Of a DNA stretch of 64,000 bases, positions 12,325 through 23,922 are shown piece by piece; position 1 is the first letter of the stretch, and every line of letters starts with the position of its first letter. The translations under genes and the position numbers were made by a program. This stretch comes from Podarcis erhardii. Its lineage: Eukaryota. The stretch lies in NCBI GenBank assembly GCA_964252035.1, contig OZ176200.1; one strand, 5' to 3'. The notes below the pieces were generated by a model. The model ran no database searches. It was not told the origin of the DNA and was given only the letters and a program-made list of their open reading frames with translations.

Positions 12325-13849
12325 TTCATTTCATTTCAAGTTCATCCTTTCATAAGACAAACTAGTTCTGCCCACATTCATTCAAACATACTTTTTAGTT
12401 CATAAAGTGTTCATTTTCTACAAAAGAAAAAAAACCTTCAGCATTCAGAAAGTTAGAAGCTCCTGGGCTGACCTACAGGGTAATCAGGGACCACACAAAA
12501 GACGCCTAATAGAGAGAATGTCAACAGATGAACCTTTCCACATAATTGTATTTCCATACTAGAAATGGCTTACTCTGCTTAAATTGCGCCAACAGAACAT
12601 CATTTGCTTTGTTCCTTTGCTTTATTTGTGCTTTCTGCTGCAAGCTGCTCCTGTTGGAAAAGAGTGACTCTCTTCAGCAGAGAAGATACAGGAAATGCCA
12701 TGCAATCCTTTATTCTGGTTGCTTAGCAAATGTGGTTAAGTAACTAAGCATCCTTAGCAACAGCAGCACCTGTGAATCCACCTAATAAGACTTCGGACAT
12801 TGCTTCCACAGTTTGCTTTCTAACTTTCTTTGGAGATGTCTGATGGACTTTTTTAATGAAAGGCAGGAGTCTGGGCCTCTTGCTGTTCACCTGCCAATTA
12901 TGGGATCTACTTTCAGGTGTAGATCAGAGATTTTTGAACTAGTTCAAGAAACTTCATAGAGCTCAACTAGTTCATTCCAAGCACTATTCTCAATGCAACC
13001 ATAAGCTTAGAAAAATATTCTGCATCATCCACAGTGCTTTCAGACCATTGCTATTGTCAATGGTATTCAGTCATATATTGGAAAATTTAGGCAGCTCAGC
13101 CAAAGTCTGTGCAATAAAGCTGGTTCATCTCCTCCTCCCCAACCTTTTTTTGTGGGTGGCAATAGGGAAAGTGTCGGGAAAATGCAAAGGAAAGTATGCG
13201 ATGACACCTGATGCAAGGTCATATAACCTGTCTGCAAACCAATCAGAATGAATTCTCAATAAACAGTCAATAACATCTAACCACCCAGTTTTGGGGCAAG
13301 TAAATCAGGCTGAATGTTCACTAAACCTCTTGCTGATAGGAGCTGTGGTGAGAGGCTGCATCAGCAGTTCACTCCCAAGGGGCTATAGAAGATAGGTTTA
13401 AAAGTCTCGAATGCCGGGAGGTGTGAAGAACAGATAGCAGCTGCTGATGTCAATAAAGGTAAGAAAGACACACACATGTGGAAGCACAGATCTTCTAAAA
13501 TGGCTGCATGTGTTGACCCCAATGCGAATGTTTTACAAAAGAAATAAGGGAAGGAAGGAATAATTTTGAATTTAACAGCAACAATAGGAAAGAAATATTC
13601 ATATCCAGGTTGCTGCTCGTATGTTAAGCCAACAGAAGAAGAGAGGTGAAGGGGAAAAAATATTTCATTTAGCAAGTTTTCTTGACTGTACCAGGGTAGG
13701 AAAGTGGGTAGATAATTTTTTAAATGCATTAATAAATGACTATCCCTCCAAGAAAGTACAAACAAAACTAATAAAATATGTACTGATATGTCAAATGCAC
13801 ACAAACACTGTACAGTGAGAGTTAGGGAGAGGGTAAAAAATAAGCTTCA
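12325..13849. repeat. Right inner arm of the palindrome
   Basis: Reverse complement of 8031-9615. Confidence 0.9.
13239..13464 (+). promoter_or_regulatory. Putative promoter and non-coding exon 1 of OR copy B
   Basis: CCAAT 13239-43, O/E (EBF)-like tcccaagggg 13373-82, TATA-like tatagaa 13384-90 and donor aag|gtaaga 13459-64. All are conserved in the mirror arm. Function is inferred. Confidence 0.4.
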
Positions 13850-14067
13850 GGGTTCTTTAGAAAACATTTCTGTGTGTCATTTCCATGAATATAAGCAATT
13901 TTATGTAGGCTTCTATGAATGTACACATTATTGTACACTTTTTGGGGTTGGAGAACTGCATCATAAAATTGGGAGAAGTGCAAATTTCAAATGATAGATG
14001 TGTTTCAGTTTGTGTATCATTTTGGGAAGGGTGGATTAGGTAGGTTTGTGTTAAATTGTGAACTGAA

Positions 14068-14140
14068 CCAATTGTTGTTGTTGTTATTTATTGAATGTAT
14101 ATACCGCCCTATACCCAGGAGTCTCAGGGTGGTTCACAAA
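14068..14140 (-). mobile_element. L2-like LINE 3' tail fragment
   Basis: (ttg)n ttatttattgaatgtatataccgccctat..ctcagggtggttcaca resembles the squamate L2 3' end. Confidence 0.5.
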
Positions 14141-14666
14141 AAAGATCACAACATATATAATCAGAATAACCTAGATTGTTTCCCTCCCAGATTGACTTCC
14201 ATGCCCTTCTAGATACAAAACACATCTCTTTTCAGCCCCCAATCCAGTCCCAATTTTTGGAACACTTTCAATAAGCAGTTTTAAAATGTCACCACATAAT
14301 AGAATAATATATTATTTGTTGTATCTCTTTCCTATGTAATTCATTAGAAAGAAATCCCCTTTTGAGTCTATTAAGAGCTGCTGCACAAATTGCAAACTGC
14401 ACCATTGGATTGCTACCAATGGCTTCCCTAAAGCTACTTCATAGGTTAATAAACGGATTTGTACTTTTGTACTTTTGTACTTCATAGGTTATTACTTGGC
14501 AAATGTGTGCTATGAATACTTCCTACTACTGTACTTTCTTGTCAATCCCTTAACATAAAAGGTTCAGCAGGGGAGGGAGGATTTGTTGAGTAAGAGCTCC
14601 AAACCGACTTTTATTGCACAACCTGAATTTGTTGATACATGGCTGAAACCTGCTTGCAAAAAAGTG

Positions 14667-16622
14667 ATAGCGCCCATAGTGTAGGACTACAGCTCCAAGG
14701 CATTAACATTGGTGTCTGTAGAAGATGGAGCCAGAGACAGATAATAGTATAGAAAAGTAATATTAATAATTTTATTATTTATATCCTGCCCATCTGGCTG
14801 GGTTTGTAAAACATTTCAATATCAACCTAGCCATTTATAAGCACTGTAATAGTCGCTCAATTTTAATGGATGTAGACACCTCAGTGAACAACCTACTCTA
14901 AGAATCTGATCTCATTCTTGTTAATAGCTGCCTACAGAAGTCTGAACTTCAGTATTAAAGGATATGTTGATCAATTGCACATTCACTATCAGCCAAGTTT
15001 GCAACATCTTCCCTGTTTGTTGCAATTCAATTTATTTGTGTTACCTAATTTCCTGGTTGCCCAATGCTGGCTTCTCAGTAATGTTCTCCTCTCTCCTCTT
15101 AACCCATAGCAAGCTCATGTGCAGGTTTATATGGAGACTGAAAACCAAACTGGAATTATACAGTTCCACTTCCAGCCATTCACAACGCACCCTGGCATGA
15201 GGCAGCTGATTTTCTGGACTTTTCTGATTCTCTACTTGCTCAGCCTGTTTGGGAATGCTACCATTGTTCTCATCATCTACACCACACATTCTCTTCACAC
15301 CCCAATGTACTATTTCTTGGCTAACCTGGCATGTCTGGAAATTGCTTATTCTTGTACCATTGCACCCCTCACTCTGGCCCACGTAGGTTCTGCAAGAAAG
15401 GTCTCCATCACCCTGGCTGGCTGTGGGTCCCAAATGTTCTTCTTTACCTTCCTGGGAAGCTCTGACTGTGTCCTGCTAGCAATAATGGCATATGACCGCT
15501 ATGTGGCAATCTGTCACCCGCTCAGCTACACTGTCATCATGAACTGGAGTGTGTGTGTGAAAATTGTTGTTGGGACCTTGGTCACGAGTTGCTTCTTTGG
15601 CATTCAGCTTTCTGTCTTGATATTGACTTTGCCTTTCTGTGCCAATAAGGAAATCAATAATTTTTTCTGTGATTTCCCTGTTGTCATGAAACTGGCATGT
15701 GGCGATACCCATTTCCACCAAACTGCCCTTTTTATTACCAGTGTTATCATCATCACTATCCCTTCCCTCCTAATCTGTATCTCCTATGCCTTCATTGTGG
15801 CTGCAGTCTTGAGGATCAGCTCTGCTGCAGGCAGGCAAAGGGCTTTCTCCACCTGTTCCTCCCACTTAACGGTCGTCCTTCTGCAGTTTGGCTGTGGCAG
15901 TTTGATATACCTGCGTCCCAGCTCCAGCTACTCACCAGAGGAAGGTCGGGCGGTGTCTGTGGTCTACACCTTTGTCACTCCTGTGCTGAACCCCTTAATC
16001 TATAGCATGAGGAACAAAGAGTTAAAGGATGCCCTTATCAGAGCCTTAAAAAGGGCTGTGCTGCCCCAGAAGAAATGACAGTGTTGAATCGCAGCCAGGG
16101 AATGGTACACCGTCTACTGCCATCTGTTGTAATGGTATGGTGGAACTGAAACCACAGGAAGGATGCATAGGTAGGCTCTATGTCTAAGCTGCAACTGTGC
16201 CTCAAAAGGAATGTTCTTTGCTTGTAGCAGAAGTTGCACCAGTGCATTGTGTGGCCAATTGACCTGAATTCAGTATAGGTATTCTTGAAGGAAATGAATC
16301 AAATGCCCGATTGAAAGCAAGCAGAACAACAGCTACACTAGTGACACTGAGTTCTGTTTTGATGGGCAGGAGAACCTGGACAGGTTTCCAGCCACAGAGA
16401 AAACTACTACATTTCATTCAGGGGCCTGAAGGTATTGTAAGGTAACAGAAGGAAAATACCCCAAGTAGAGGCTGGAATGATGTCATCAAAGGAGGGTAGC
16501 AAATGAGGCAGACATTAACCTCAAACCAGACTAGCCAGAAATGCCTGGTGGGACTGGCATGGGGATTTTGGACCTTGTATTCATCGGGAGACAACTTCCA
16601 CTGATGAATTGGACTGATGATT
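14667..16622. repeat. Right outer arm of the inverted duplication
   Basis: Reverse complement of 5616-7571, same length. Confidence 0.95.
15131..16078 (+). CDS. Olfactory receptor OR10V1-like, copy B, intact, 315 aa from the first ATG
   Basis: Same OR motifs as copy A, with 11 amino-acid differences. The ORF-track start at 15119 is a GTG; the ATG is at 15131. Confidence 0.95.
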   Translation: METENQTGIIQFHFQPFTTHPGMRQLIFWTFLILYLLSLFGNATIVLIIYTTHSLHTPMYYFLANLACLEIAYSCTIAPLTLAHVGSARKVSITLAGCGSQMFFFTFLGSSDCVLLAIMAYDRYVAICHPLSYTVIMNWSVCVKIVVGTLVTSCFFGIQLSVLILTLPFCANKEINNFFCDFPVVMKLACGDTHFHQTALFITSVIIITIPSLLICISYAFIVAAVLRISSAAGRQRAFSTCSSHLTVVLLQFGCGSLIYLRPSSSYSPEEGRAVSVVYTFVTPVLNPLIYSMRNKELKDALIRALKRAVLPQKK

Positions 16623-16639
16623 ATGATTATGGAGGACTG

Positions 16640-17077
16640 CCTGCTGGAAGCCTGAGGGTCCTGCTCTGTCTCTCGCCACCTGGCTTGGGGCGGGGCCGGA
16701 CAGGCTTCGCAAGGACTCTGGCTGCTGCTCGGCAGAGAGGGCTCCTCTTTTAAATGGTTTTTATTTTTTATCTGTGGCATTTTAAATGGTTGGTTTTTGT
16801 TTTTATTGCAACACTGTCAAGGCAGCCAGGCTGAATAGTTGCTGGGGTTAGGGAAGGCGGAGGCAGACCAGAAGCTGCATCTGAGAGCCCCTGCATCCCC
16901 TAAAGGCAGCCAGGCACTCCTCAGCTCCTGCATGCAAGCAGGAGTGGAGGCGGGGCTCTCATCGTGATGCCTCTACTCCACTTCTGAGAGATCCCCACCA
17001 GCCCTCCTCTCTTCCTCCACCCCCACCCCCACCACTGAAGCCACGGCCCTGCTGGGGCGACGGCTTCACCACCACTG
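16640..17077. mobile_element. GC-rich one-ended hAT-like fragment
   Basis: Ends in a TIR-like ...ttcaccaccactg followed by ctctagaa, the NTCTAGAN target preference of Charlie-type hATs. No matching left end was found. Confidence 0.4.
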
Positions 17078-20000
17078 CTCTAGAATAAGATTTTGTATGT
17101 ATGTATATATTAAATAAATAAACTGAAATATTGGGAAGCAGCATAATTCTGTGGGAGGGTCAGCAACACATTAGTGACCTAGTCATCCACACACATGTTC
17201 TGCTGTGTGGTTTTACTGTGGTGTTTTAATTATTTGATTTGTTTATTGAGGAGTTTTCATTCTTTTCCACAAGTCAGAAGTACATTAGCACAAATGAGCA
17301 AAATTCAGCAGGCATGATTCTAAGCCTACATTATAACCAAGCCTCTCCCAAAAGCACTATCACTCTCTAAACCTTTGTTTCCATAGCCATATTCACAACA
17401 ATGCTCTTTCTAGAAAAGTAATTTATTGAAATTATTCAAATCATTCTGTTTTAAAATAATCTCTTTGTATTGTTCCACCTGCGAATTTTATCAAACTTAT
17501 TTTTGCTGTGACTGAGGACTCCTCCTAATATCCTCATGATATAAAGCTCTTTTTCAACCAATGACTGTCTATTCCCTAATAAGAGGGAAAGACTCTCAGT
17601 TTGTAGTGCATCATTGTTTTAGTAACAATTACAGTTCTTATTTCTGGACTGTTTTGCCACATATTTACCTAGCGATCCAAAGTTTCTCAACACATACCCT
17701 GCCCCTTATTTCTCTTGGCCTATATAGATCCTTAATACTATATGAAGACCATGTATCATATAATATACAGGGGAAGTTAAACATGATACTGTCTTCTCTT
17801 TCCCCCCCTGGATCACATATTCCTCTGAGGGCACCTTTATACAGGGCACCTGGTTTTCTGCTTCCTGCACCTTCTTGTTTGGATTGCCCTTCCTGAGATG
17901 TATGAGTTCTATATGTGATGTGGTCTCTTTCATGCACAATTTTATGACTCCTGAAAATGCACAGAAAATATGGGATCTATCAGGTTCAGAATACACAACA
18001 AAACCAGGGAAGGGTTATTGCTATAGTTTCATTATTCTAAAATTTTCCAATAATAATCCAGCAGAAACTTGGTCTTTTGCGAAGGTTGGCATTTAATATT
18101 ATTGCATAGAAGTATATTTCATAACACCTTAAAATTAAGTGCTTTTACTTGCAACATTTCTACTTCCAGTGTTTCAACCACCATCCGAAGCACATGCACC
18201 ACAGTATGAAAGCAGCTTGAGACTTGCTGCTCTCTGATCTGAATGAGAGAAAGGAGCACAAATTTCTTCTTTCCTAAAATGTAAGAGCCTGGCTTTGTAT
18301 GAGAATGTGAACTCGTTTGTGACTGCTATTAGACAGGGATGGAGGGCAGTTTGAAGTACTTGTTGAAATGCGAGTGGTGGTGATGGACCACAAAGAGTGG
18401 CAAAGTTCACAACCAGGGAATGAAGGGCTAAGAGAGCAGCTCTTTGGCACATCCATCTTGTTTCCTGGTTCTGAAGCTCTTCCTTTAGAAAGCATGCCAA
18501 GACCCTTAAGGGAGCGAGAGTGAGGAGAGAAATTTTCTTTCCTGAAATGCAGGCATTAGGATTTATGTGAGAGTGTGAACTCTCTTCTGGCTGTTCTTAC
18601 ACAGGAATGGAAGTGTGAAGTACTTGGAGATAAAAAAGTAAGACTCTAACTATTAGTATAATCACATGACTTCTCTGAGTGGTGAGAAGTTCTGTGAGGT
18701 GCTGTGTTTACCTGGGTTTGGGTGATAATAATTCACAGGAGAATTATGGTGCTTCATGACATTTCAGTTTATTTATTTAATATATACATATACAGAATCT
18801 TAGACTAGAGGCATATTATTGTTTATTCACATACACACACAAACACACAAATACAGAAATAAGTAAACACAGAATAAGTAAATAAAATAAGTAAATACCA
18901 AAAATAATTACATATATAATACATTTTACAATTAAACAAAAAGGTTGTAAGGATTCATATTATGCTGGAATTTATTGTTCCAGAATGAAAAAGAGACTAT
19001 CCTTCTACAAATCTATGTCATAGTTTGTTATTTGTTACTCTGAAACATATCAATTTAATCATTGTTTACATCCCAGATTTTCTCAAACCAATGAGAGACT
19101 AAATGAGCTGTGGTCTGCCCCCCGCCCAGCAATACATATTTTTGCGGCCGAATAGTTTGGTGCCACTTCTAAATCTTCCTCCAGAGCTATGTTTTTTTCA
19201 AATATCTTAGTAAGAGGCATTTGCGATTATGTGATGTTGAATTTTCAATCAAATATTAAATTCCATAATTGCCTGCCCCCTTAAACTGAATTATTGGACA
19301 GTCTGCTTGGAGGCACTTACATCTTTAGAATTTTTTGTGCTTTTGAATAAATATGATTAAATGTGTGTGGATCCCCACAGAGGCAGTATTAGTATAGGTA
19401 TGTAAGAAAATGTATAAATACCTCTCTCACCATTTTGCATAAAGTGTGTGGTTCATTAAATGATATGGCCATCTTGACAGACACAGCCTCAGCTTCCACA
19501 GCCGCCGCCTGTCATGAACCACCACGGACAGGATTGGCAGAAACTGCAGCAGATACATTCTATGCTTAAGATAATATTCTATTCTCTTGTTAAATGTACT
19601 GGTTTAAGCGGTTTATATTTGACTTCCTTTAGTAACATTTTATTTTGAAATGCTTAGGGCATTTTTTGTTAACTTTGCTGCATTAGACATTCATTCTGAC
19701 CTCCTTTGTAATGTTTTATTTTGAAATCTTTAAGATAATGTCTTAGTTTCCTGTTAATTATGTTGCTTTGAATGTATATTTTAAACATGGCTTTCATTGG
19801 TAATCTTTTACATTGGATTGTTCTGTCTGATATTTTAATGTGTTGTAAACCTCTTTGAGATTATTTGCTTGAAAATATAAAGCAATATAGAAAGGAAAGG
19901 AATTATGATTATGATGACGACAGTAGAATTGCATTGATTCCTCTCTCTTGTTACAATCTCACATGACACCCTCTACCTATAGGCATTACCATGGGGCGAG

Positions 20001-20086
20001 ATGCTGCATGGGGGTCGTACATTAGCTACTTCTCCTGCTATCAGCCTGTTACTATCATCCCTATGGTCTAACTTTAATGAAGACCG

Positions 20087-21034
20087 CTAGCTGTCAAACT
20101 TTTTTGGGGGAAACACTCTTCTTCGAAAGGCTCTCTTCAGTGCCTCTTTCAGTTCCTTGTTTCTCATGCTATAGATCAGGGGGTTCAGTAGGGGAGTGAC
20201 AAAGGTGTAGAACACAGACACCACTCGACCCTCCTGTGGTGAGTAGCTAGAGTTGGGCCGCAAGTATATGAAACTGCAACAGCCGTACTGCAGGAGGACA
20301 ACCATCAAGTGGGAGGAGCATGTGGAGAAAGCTTTTTGCTGGCCTTCAGCAGAACGGATTTGCAAAATGGCCACTGCAATGAAGCCATATGAGATACAGA
20401 TTAGAAGGAAGGGTATTGTGATGACTACAACACTAACTATGAAAATAGCAGCTTGATGGATTTGGATGTCACTACAACCCAACTGCAGAATGACTGGGAC
20501 ATCACAAAAGAAGTGATTGATTTCATTTTGGCCACAGAATGGCAAGCGGAAAATAAGGATGGTCAGTTTTAGAGACAACAGAAAGCCCAGTAGCCAGGAT
20601 ACTACGACAAGGGAAGTACATACAGTTTTGTTCATGATGAGCATGTAGCGCAGCGGATGGCAAATTGCCACGTATCTATCGTATGCCATGATGGCCAGTA
20701 GGACACAGTCAGCTCCTCCCAGGAAGACAAAGAAGAACATTTGGGTCCCACAGCCACTTAAGGAAATGGTGGCACTTTTCCTGGACAGAAGGTTGGCCAA
20801 AGCCAATGGAGCAATGGCAGAAGTGTAGCAGATCTCCAGAGCTGCCAGGTTGCCCAAGAAAAAATACATGGGGTTATGGAGAGAGTGGTCGACATGGACA
20901 ATAAGCACGACAGCAACGTTCCCACAGAGGCTGAGGACATAGAGGAGCAGAAAGAGAAGGAAAATGACCAGCTGTGTCTCAAGCAAGGTTGAGAAGGGAC
21001 GGAAATAGAATTCAGTATGGTTTTCATATCCCAT
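20087..21034 (-). CDS. Olfactory receptor OR10V1-like, copy C1, intact, 315 aa
   Basis: Full OR motif set. FYFRPFS, GCGTQMFFFVFLGGADCVLL, VVLLQYGC.SFIYL and SSYSP..GRVVSV match human OR10V1 as recalled. Acceptor tttattttctcttcag lies 18 nt upstream of the ATG. Confidence 0.95.
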   Translation of the reverse strand: MGYENHTEFYFRPFSTLLETQLVIFLLFLLLYVLSLCGNVAVVLIVHVDHSLHNPMYFFLGNLAALEICYTSAIAPLALANLLSRKSATISLSGCGTQMFFFVFLGGADCVLLAIMAYDRYVAICHPLRYMLIMNKTVCTSLVVVSWLLGFLLSLKLTILIFRLPFCGQNEINHFFCDVPVILQLGCSDIQIHQAAIFIVSVVVITIPFLLICISYGFIAVAILQIRSAEGQQKAFSTCSSHLMVVLLQYGCCSFIYLRPNSSYSPQEGRVVSVFYTFVTPLLNPLIYSMRNKELKEALKRAFRRRVFPPKKFDS

Positions 21035-22860
21035 GAAGATGGTAAAGAGGACCTGAAGAGAAAATAAAGATCTCAGTCAATGTGTTACTTTGCCCAGCAG
21101 TGAGGATACCCTCATTCTGCAACCTGGCTTCAAAAAAAAAAAAAGTGTCTACACCAACTCTTTTCTGTTCTTAGTACAAGGTTATATAGAGCATTCAGAT
21201 GGGGAGCATTCCTTCAGCAATCTATTTTATTTTTCCTCAGAGGACTGGACTTCCTGTACTGGTACAATTCATATATTAAATTTGCTTCTCCTTTTGGAGA
21301 CATTATTCAAATATAAGTATGCTTCGTTAATGTTTTGCACATTATTGTCCAAAAGAGTTATTTGCTCTTATCAATGAATTGTCAAAATAGTATTTTACTT
21401 AAGTGTGCATATCATGGCTGATTTCGAAATACAAATTCAAGTTGGACCAAAACAGAAGATATGTGTAATAATGACTGGAAGACAGTGACATGAACTACTT
21501 ACACTTGTATGGTTCTTGGCATCAGCCAATCAATTTTTTGCCATTGTAAGTTAGAAGGGGAACTGCAATTGACTTTACATGCTCTCTGGAGTGTTGTGCT
21601 TCATCTGTGTGTGCTTCTTACTATGCTTCATCCACAGCACTGAAGGCAACATGCCATGTGACAAACTGGACTCTTTTTAATTGTTTCCACTTGCGAAATT
21701 TACACTTTCCATTGGAAGCTAGGCTCCATCAGTAGATGTGGGTGTTTGTACTCCAAGCTAAATTTATGAAGTTGAATTTAACCCTCTATCTTTTTATACT
21801 TCTCTGAGGAGTACAGTATGATTATTTATCCCACTATAACTGTACAGAGAAACATACAAAGGTAACCATTCAGGTTTATAGCATTCATGTTAGGATAACA
21901 TTTTTAGGCAAAATGCTCAATTAATAGATAAAGCCAGATAGGCATTTTACATGTAGCTCAGTTGACCAAGTTCAATGGGAAATGTGTACTGGGTTGGAAC
22001 CTTGGCTCAAGTAATTTTGAGGCACATTAGATGTGACAGCAAAGCACCAATGTACTCTAAGAAAATATCTTCAGACTATTCTGTTCATGGCATCTAGTGC
22101 TCATCTAAGCTGGAATGGGGAGTCTTCGGGCTCTGATAATGTGGCCGTTCCAATGGAGTATGCATCTGATTGTAGGGGAAGTAGATCACATTTTTAAAAA
22201 ATAAAATAAAGTGGCCAAACCTATTCAGAAAACCACTGGATGTGAAATCCACCTGGATTCCTTTGTCAAGTTTAGGATATGTTAAGGATCTTATTCAATC
22301 AAAACACTGAAAGTCGATGAACAGGAACAGATGGCTGAAAGCACCTGATCCATTTACTGTAATGTGTTTATGGATAAATTATGGTTCTGAGGAAAATAAA
22401 ATTTAAAAAACAAATTGCAGCTATCTGAAGAATGAACAAGTATCTGCTTTTCCATTTATTAGAAACAATCCCAACAGTATTTTGGCTATGATCAGGAAAA
22501 ACCTGAAGCTTCTCCCTTTTCTTTTTCACTGCACAGTCTGGTTTTGTACACACCATACATTTCAACCACATTCCCCATGTCCCAGAAAAAAGAATCCTTG
22601 GGACTGTACATTTTTCCCATCACAGGGGTACAATTCCAAGCACCCTTAAACTGCAGTTCCTAGCATGGTGGGGGATATGCTACAAATGCCATTTACATGT
22701 ATGATGTCTATGCAACCTATGCATTTTGATTCTAGAGTCTGGAATCTCATACACTAAGGATGAAAAAAAGGAGAATGCATGCTGAATAGAAAACATGCTG
22801 AATAGAGAATGAAAGGCTTATGAAGTAGGCAAATGAACAGAATCCACATCCACAGAAATG

Positions 22861-23167
22861 ACTTACTTGGATACTCCTGGTGCTGGACTGCCAAGGGAAA
22901 TCTGAAGGCATTTGCTGTTGCTCTTCAACTAGAAAGGGAAATGCGAGTGGTGGGGATAGACCACAAATAGTGGCAAAGTTCACAACTGCTCCTTTCACAA
23001 TGAATAGTGGTAAAGTTCACAAGCAGGGAAGGAAGGGCTAAAAGAGCAGCTCTTTGGCTCATCCATCTTGTTTCCTGGTTCTGAAGCTTTTCCTTTCGAA
23101 AGCATGCCAAGACCCTTAAGGGAGGAGAGAAATTTTCTTTCCTGAAGTGCAGACATTAGGCTTTATA
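22861..23167 (-). promoter_or_regulatory. Putative TATA promoter and non-coding exon 1 of OR C1 (paralogues 28362-28664 and 34710-35026)
   Basis: Minus-strand TATAAAG at 23161-67 and a consensus donor caa|GTAAGT at 22861-66, conserved in all three gene-linked units. Function is inferred. Confidence 0.45.
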
Positions 23168-23410
23168 TGAGAGAGTGAACTCTCTTGTGGCTGCTCTTAC
23201 ATAGGAACAGAAGGAAGTGTGAAGTACTTGATGATAAAAAAAGTAAGACTCTAACTATTGGTATACTCACATGACTTCTCTGAGTGGCGAGAAGTTCTGG
23301 GAGGTGCAGTGTTCACCTGGGTTTAGATGCATTTGGTAATAATTCACAGGAGAATTACGGCGCTTCAAGACATTTCAATTTATTTAATATATACATACAT
23401 ACAGAATCTT

Positions 23411-23922
23411 CTTCTTGTTGTTGTTTAGTCATTTAGTCGTGTCCGACTCTTTGTGACCCCATGGACCAAAGCATGCCAGGCACTTCTGTCTTCCACTGCC
23501 TCCCGCAGTTTGGTCAGACTCATGTTTGTAGCTTCAAAGACACTATCCAACCATCTTGTCCTCTGTCGTCCCCTTCTCCTTGTGCCCTCCATCTTTCCCA
23601 ACACCAGGGTCTTTTCCAGGGAGTCTTCTCTTCTCATGAGGTGGCCAAAGTATTGGAGCCTCAGCTTCACGATCTGTCCTTCCATTGAGCACTCAGGGCT
23701 GATTTCCTTAAGAATGGATCGGTTTGTTCTTCTTGCAGTCCATGGGACTCTCAAGAGTCTCCTCCAGCAACATAATTCAAAAGCATCAATTCTTCGGCGA
23801 TCACCCTTCTTTATGGTCCAGCTCTCACTTCCATACATCACTACTGGGAAAACCATAGCTTTTACTATACTATACAGTATTTTTACTTTACTTTTACTTT
23901 ACTATAAAGCTTTTACTTTACT
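23411..23922 (-). mobile_element. BovB/RTE LINE 3' fragment, 5'-truncated
   Basis: ORF 23425-23856 (VMYGSESWTIKK..RRRIDAFEL..WRRLLRVPWTARR..LQYFGHLMRR..GVTKSRTRLND) is the RTE/BovB C-terminus, with a (caa)n tail. 12-bp TSD atacagaatctt at 23399-410 and 23923-934. The empty site is visible in the paralogue near 28900. Confidence 0.95.
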
